DNA of 64,000 nt, taken from assembly GCF_009914755.1 (NCBI RefSeq), contig NC_060926.1; one strand, given 5' to 3'. Position 1 is the first letter of the stretch. Each line of letters opens with the position of its first letter. Source of the DNA: the human T2T-CHM13v2.0 reference genome, Homo sapiens. The translations under genes and the position numbers were made by a program. This document shows positions 58,171 through 64,000 of this stretch, in pieces. The notes beneath the pieces are model-generated. The model was not told where the DNA came from, made no database searches, and saw only the letters and a program-made list of their open reading frames with translations.

Positions 58171-59546
58171 GATACATTTTCAATCCCCTATTTTGATGCC
58201 ATATCATGCTTTTCCAATGTTTTCTGCTTTCTATAAAATGTTGATACCTCTAGGAATAAGTCTTTAAATAATGGTTTCACACCTATTGGGAGAAGAGATG
58301 ATGGGAAAACCACCATAAAACAAGATGGAACTTTTAAGAGGAGACACAGTCATAAATCTGTTCTAATAAATAAAGGGGAAAAAAAAGAATAAAAAGTTAA
58401 CCCCTTAAAGAAAAACATACTTTTAAAGTCTGTCTGGATCTTTTGTGAAGAGCAAAGGAAATGCTGAATAAAAAAGGATTTTGATTGTCCTTTCCAAAAT
58501 ATTGTCCCTTACCTCTTGGACATTGGTGACACCACCCACACTCCACCCACCTTTAATGACCTCTACTTTCTAGTAAAAAACTTTATCTTTGCATAAACTT
58601 TGTTGTTTTGACTCTGCAATCAGGAAGATACTTCATAGCTATATCTAGCCAGGTGTAGGTAGGATCTGAGTGGAAAGACAGAAAAGGAAGTTATATTCAT
58701 TATAAATTAATGACATGCCAGGTATTAGGCATGTCCACATCCATAATTAATAACATTGGGTTAAGCATTTCCATTTAATACAGAGAGAGACAGACAGAGT
58801 TTGCACAGTATCTTTCCTTTGGTTCTTATCTAATGACTGACTCTCTTCCATGTACCTTTAAAACCACTAAAATAAATGGTCTACTTGGGAGGTTGATATA
58901 CTAGCCAAGCTATAGGTCTAAACATCAAATGCAATTTAATCTATGCAGCATTCCTTTTTCATAGTGAATCTTTAAAGCTCAATTTTTTGCATTGATTGAT
59001 CATCCTGGGAAACAGAAAAACCTCAACTCACAGCTTCAAGAACTTGAAAAGCCCTAATCCAGTGCCTATATCCATCACCTCTGAGGACAACAGGAAAATT
59101 GAAAAGGAAGAAATTTCCTACAGACTCATGATAAACTTATTGATAGTAGTAATGATATACATTTTTAAAAAAATTATCAAATTGTGTATTTTTTAAATTA
59201 TTAAACTCCCATGGCCTCAACATTCTACTCTGCCAAATGATGGGAAAATTTAAATTGTTTCTACAATTTCCCACATCTCTATAACATTAAAAGATCAACT
59301 TCTTAAAACATATGTAACATTTTCTTTCCTTGCCCCAAGATGCTTTTAAAGGTTTTATAAACTACCCTTCTTTGGACATTTTTGTCATCAATTTGCTACT
59401 TTTCTGTTCAAAATGAATAACAGCTTCCCATAGGCAATGATACTATTATCCTCTCTGCATATGTAAACTACCTCGCCTTCAGGACACAAAATTCAGTCCC
59501 AAATCACTGTCTTCAGCCTCATTGATATTGTCCCTCTCCTAAAGAC

Positions 59547-59963
59547 TACTATGGCTTGAATATGTGTCCCCTCCAAAACTCACGTTGAAATTTTATCCCC
59601 AATATGGCAATATTGAGTAGTGGGGCTTTTAAGAGGTGATTGGGTCATGAGGGCTGTCCCCTCATGGATGTGTTAATCCATCTGTGGATTAATGGGTCAT
59701 CATGGGAGTGGGGGTGGTAGCTGTATAAAAAGAGGAAGAGAGACCTGAGCTAGCACACCCAGCCCTCTCATCATGTGATGCCCTGCACCACCTCATCTCA
59801 GGACTCTGTAGAGAGACCTCCGCAGCAAAAAGGCCCTCACCAGATATGGTTCCTTGACCTTGGAATTCTCAGCCTCCACAACGGTAAGAAATATATTCCA
59901 TTTCTTTATAAATTACCCAGTTTCAAGTATTCTGTTATAAGTAACAGAAAAAGGAATATGGGA
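59547..59963 (+). mobile_element. MSTC/MSTD-like solo LTR
   Basis: 'tactatggcttgaatatgtgtcccctccaaaactcacgttgaaa...gagacctgagctagcac...ttataaattacccagtttc..tattctgttataagtaacagaaaa'; AAGAC on both sides. Confidence 0.8.
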
Positions 59964-60908
59964 AAGACCACAGCCTTTATTCTCTGTACATGGCTTGGGC
60001 TTCATCATCTTCTCACTCATATTATTTTAACATCTGTTGTATGTTTGTTTTTCCTATCCAATTAAACTAAATGTTAAATAATGACAATGCACTCAATAAA
60101 TACTTGTTGTCCTTCCAATATTTATTCAGTAAATGTTTTCAGTGTATAGTATCTATATGCCCATCTTGGAAATCTAAGAATAAATAAGATATAAGCCCAG
60201 CCCTCCAAGATCGTACCATCTGGAATGGTAAGGTCTCACAAGAATGGCAATGTAAATTCAGTGAAATATTTCCAAGGGCTACTGTGAAGAATGCAAATCT
60301 GAGTCTACAATAGATTAACATGAGAATTTCCAAGTAGTAATGAGAGTCTGGTTAAGTTTATTGCCTGGCACAAGATCACACTAATAAAGAATATTTATTG
60401 AGCACTTACCATGTCCACATTTAGTTCTCACTACAACTCTAGGCAGTGTTTCTATCTTCATTTTGCCAGTGAGGGAATTTTGGCTTTGGAGACCAGTGTT
60501 TTCCCAAGGCTGCATGATGTAGCTGAGATAGCCAGGGCTTGGTGGAACAGTCTGGCTTTCAGTCAGCTGTAACCACTCTGCACTACTTCCTCTTGCTTAC
60601 TTGGTGCTTTTAAAATATTTGTTGAAAGAATGACATGATGTAGCATGCATCAACAGTGAAAAATATGCTCTGCAATAGACTCCAAATTTCGAGGTCCCCC
60701 TAATTTGGCTGTAACATTGATTGTGTGTATGTGTGTGTGTATGTCTGTGTGTGCGTCTGTGTCTGTTTTAGAAATGAATTTACATTCTACACCTGACTTC
60801 CATTTGCCCCTCTGCATTCCCTATTGCCACAGCTGAAGAGTAGAAATGCTTTATGGCTCTAACTGGGAGCAGAAATCACTGCAAGTCAAGAGTTGGGTGA
60901 ATCAATCT

Positions 60909-60911
<3 letters not shown>

Positions 60912-60965
<54 letters not shown>
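60912..60965. repeat. (TC)27 microsatellite
   Basis: Read directly. Confidence 0.95.
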
Positions 60966-60969
<4 letters not shown>

Positions 60970-63117
60970 TTATATGCTCTAAATCTGACTGCACCTTTTC
61001 AGAACATCATGCATAGTATGAGGGGACTAAATTAAAACATCTGACACAAACATTGAGAGCAGGAAAAAAAATTGACATGTGGTAACTTTTTGGAGTGGCA
61101 TTCTGGTTGATCCTTTTTCAAGGGGAGGGGAGGGTTGTTTACAGATGAGCCCAAGCTTGATGCATGCTGCAGCCAAGAGGCAGCTCTCCCCTTTGATTTT
61201 TCCTCTATATAATCTCCATGTGGTCCCCAAATGCTTAACCCTCTCTGCCAAATGCTGTAAAATCTGTCTTTTGATTTCACAGATGGAAAAGACTTATTAG
61301 CTCATGAAGCTCACCTCCTTAGGAGACAAGGAACTCATCAAATACCATTTACCCCACCCTTCGAGTTTGAAGTCTTTATCAGTTTCCTGGCCAAAACTGT
61401 TCAACCTCCTTTACTCATATGACATCCTAAGTATAAAGAAAACAAAACAAAACAAAAATCCATCTTTTTGTTTGGCTTCTAGTGGTCTTGGGACTTTCTT
61501 CCAAAGTGTTTCTCTTGCTGTGTTTTTAGGCAGTGCCCTAGGCAAAGAGAAAATGACCATTTGCATCTCTTGGTTATAAGTAGGCTTGTCATTCTCAAAA
61601 CAACAACAATAAAGAGACATACTTAAGCACCCTCTTTTGCATTGGGACAGCATCACCTGGACCAGTTTAAACCTTTCAAACAGTACATAATTATACTCAA
61701 GATGAGGATTTTAAAGAACACTCGACTTGGAAAACCTACTTTTTGAGTTAAGCCCTGTTACCACCAAATCATTTGGTTTTCCAAAGTTTAGTTTCCCAGA
61801 TGATGAAATTTCAAGTTCACTACAATAGTTACATGTATAAGAATGTAAGGTGCTGTGTCAACATAAACACATGATTTGATTATCTATTAGAATTTAGTGC
61901 AACCTGATAGATATGATTAGGCAATTCTTTATAAGTGGACACATCTTTTGTAACTGATTTTATTATACTCTTCAGTTAAAAAATAATCATCGTTCCTTCA
62001 TTAGTTACAGGACAGAGTTCAAAGCTCTCGGTATTATTTTCAAGCCTTCCCTAAATCTGGCTTTAAATGTCTCTCTGATCTCATGTTGACATTCCCTACG
62101 TGAACCCTTTACTCCTGCCACATTGACCTTTTTGTCCTGTGTCCTTCCCATCAGTGCCTGATCTGACATGCCCCTTCTTTCTATCCCTCCTGCTCCCCTA
62201 CATACAAGCAAGGATGTAGAAACTCGACAATCCTATTCTCCAATATAACCAGCAATTTTTAAGCCCTTCACCAGGATAGAGTGAAGAAAAAAAAAGAGTA
62301 CCTCTAAATTTGTCTCTTTTTTGCCAACACTTAATACAATTTCAAGGTCTGGCTGGAATTTACTTCTTCTCTAAAGCTTGCACTGCTATCAGACCTGTGA
62401 TGCTCTCCTCTCCTGAATTCCTATTGTTTTTGTTTTCTAAAACACACATGTGATACTTAACATATCCTACCACCTATGATGAGCTACTTTTGTACCTATC
62501 TGCCTCTCAGAAGTATGCAGGATGTCAACTGCACATGTGCAATGCATGTTCTCATATGTGTACACTCTTGTTGTATGTTGTATATTCTTAACTAAGCTCC
62601 TGGAGCAAAGAACTATTCACACACTCATTCTCCCAAAGACCAGCCCCATGGATAGTGTGTAATCAGTAAAATGAATGAATGAATGAATGAACGAAAGTAA
62701 ACTAAGATGAAATTTTAACTGCTGACCTTTGCTAACACTCCCATGCTAACTCACAAATATTTCAGAAAAAAAAAGTATAAAAAAGACATAATGATGAGAA
62801 AAGCATTCTAGGCAGGCCTATTGATCTTGCCAAAAGGAGATGCAGAGTATAGATGGCACAGACTATGAAGCTGCTGAGATGTGCCTCACCCACTTTGAAG
62901 AGAGACCAGGGAGCACAGTACTTGCATTATCATTCCACTGTTGGTCTCTGAATCAAAAGAGAAGGAGGCAAGTTCCTAGCTTAAATAAATTATTTAGAAT
63001 ATTGATTTAACTGCCTGAACTGTGTTAAGTTATATCTGAACTAAAAGACAAACATTTGCGTGTTTCCTTTAATGGAATCTGTGAATTCAAACATATATTT
63101 GGGTTTTTAAAAATAAT

Positions 63118-64000
63118 CTCCCTCTCCCTCTCCCCCTCCCCCTCCCTCTCCCTCTCCTCTTTGCATGGTCTCCCTCTGATGCCGAGCGGAGGCTGGACTG
63201 TACTGCAACCTCCCTGCCTGATTCTCCTGCCTCAGCCTGCCCAGTGCCTGGGATTGCAGGCGCGCGCCTCCACGCCTGACTGGTTTTCATATTTTTTGGT
63301 GGAGACGGGGTTTCGCCGTGTTGGCCGGGCTGGTCTCCAGCTCCTGATGGCGAGTGATCTGCCAGCCTTGGCCTCCCGAGGTGCCGGGATTGCAGACAGA
63401 GTCTCGCTCACTCAGTGCTCAATGTTGCCCAGGCTGGAGTGCAGTGGCGTGATCTCGGCTCGCTACAACCTCCACCTCCCAGCCGCCTGCCTTGGCCTCC
63501 CAAAGTGCCGAGATTGCAGCCTCTGCCCGGCCACCACCCCGTCTAGGAAGTGAGGAGCGTCTCTGCCCGGCCGCCCATCGTCTGGGATGTGGGGAGTGCC
63601 TCTGCCCCACCGCCCCGTCTGAGATGTGAAGAGCGCCTCTGCCCGGCTGCGACCCCGTCTGGGAACTGAGGAGTGTCTCTGCCCCACCGCCACCCCTTCT
63701 GGGAGGTGAGGAGCGTCTCTGACCGGCCGCCCCGTCTGAGAAGTGAGGAGCCCCTCCGCCCGGCAGCCGCCCTGTCTGGGAGGTGGGGGGCAGCCCCCGC
63801 CCAGCCGCCACCCTGTCTGGGAGGTGGGGGGCGCCTCTGCCCGGCCGCCCCATCTGGGAAGTGAGGAGCCCCTCTGCCCAGCTGCCACCCCGTCCCGGAG
63901 GTGTACCCAACAGCTCATTGAGAACGGGCCATGATGACGATGGTGGTTTTGTCAGATAGAAAAGGGGGAAATGTGGGGAAAAGAAAGAGAGATCAGATTG
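63118..64000 (+). mobile_element. SVA retrotransposon (older B/C-like), 5'-complete, cut by the window end
   Basis: CCCTCT hexamers (~63118-63160), antisense Alu-like domain (~63160-63520), GC-rich VNTR (~63520-63900), SINE-R start 'gtgtacccaacagctcattgagaacgggccatgatgac'; TTTTT|AAAAA endonuclease site at 63104-63113. Confidence 0.95.

Noticed and set aside
63056-63934. ORFs of 61-165 aa on both strands
   Set aside because: They lie within the GC-rich SVA Alu-like/VNTR domains, where stops are rare; not genes

Overview
AT-rich primate genomic DNA, almost certainly human (it carries an AluYb-lineage insertion and an SVA). The window looks intronic or intergenic. I cannot recognise any host protein-coding exon, RNA gene or CpG island. 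Every recognisable ORF comes from a retrotransposon, and the rest look like chance frames. Main content: a full-length but dead L1PA7-like LINE-1 (9538-16007) with target-site duplication (TSD) and a still-open antisense ORF0-like frame; a very young AluYb8-like insertion inside a MIR; a truncated L1PA carrying an apparent ~110-bp 3' transduction; a MADE1 hairpin whose 5' arm matches a miR-548-5p type sequence; an SVA cut by the window end; many older Alu, MIR, L2, L3, MER and MST/MLT repeats; and microsatellites. The least explained structure is an old ~290-bp copy of nearby unique+L2 sequence pasted into a MER102 element, whose 50-bp core is far better conserved (48/50) than its flanks. A few splice-site-defined (micro)exon candidates and a CTCF/ETS/E2F motif cluster are reported at low confidence. 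Repeat family names come from recalled consensus sequences, not from a search, and the boundaries of old repeats are approximate. I do not see a new multi-gene system.
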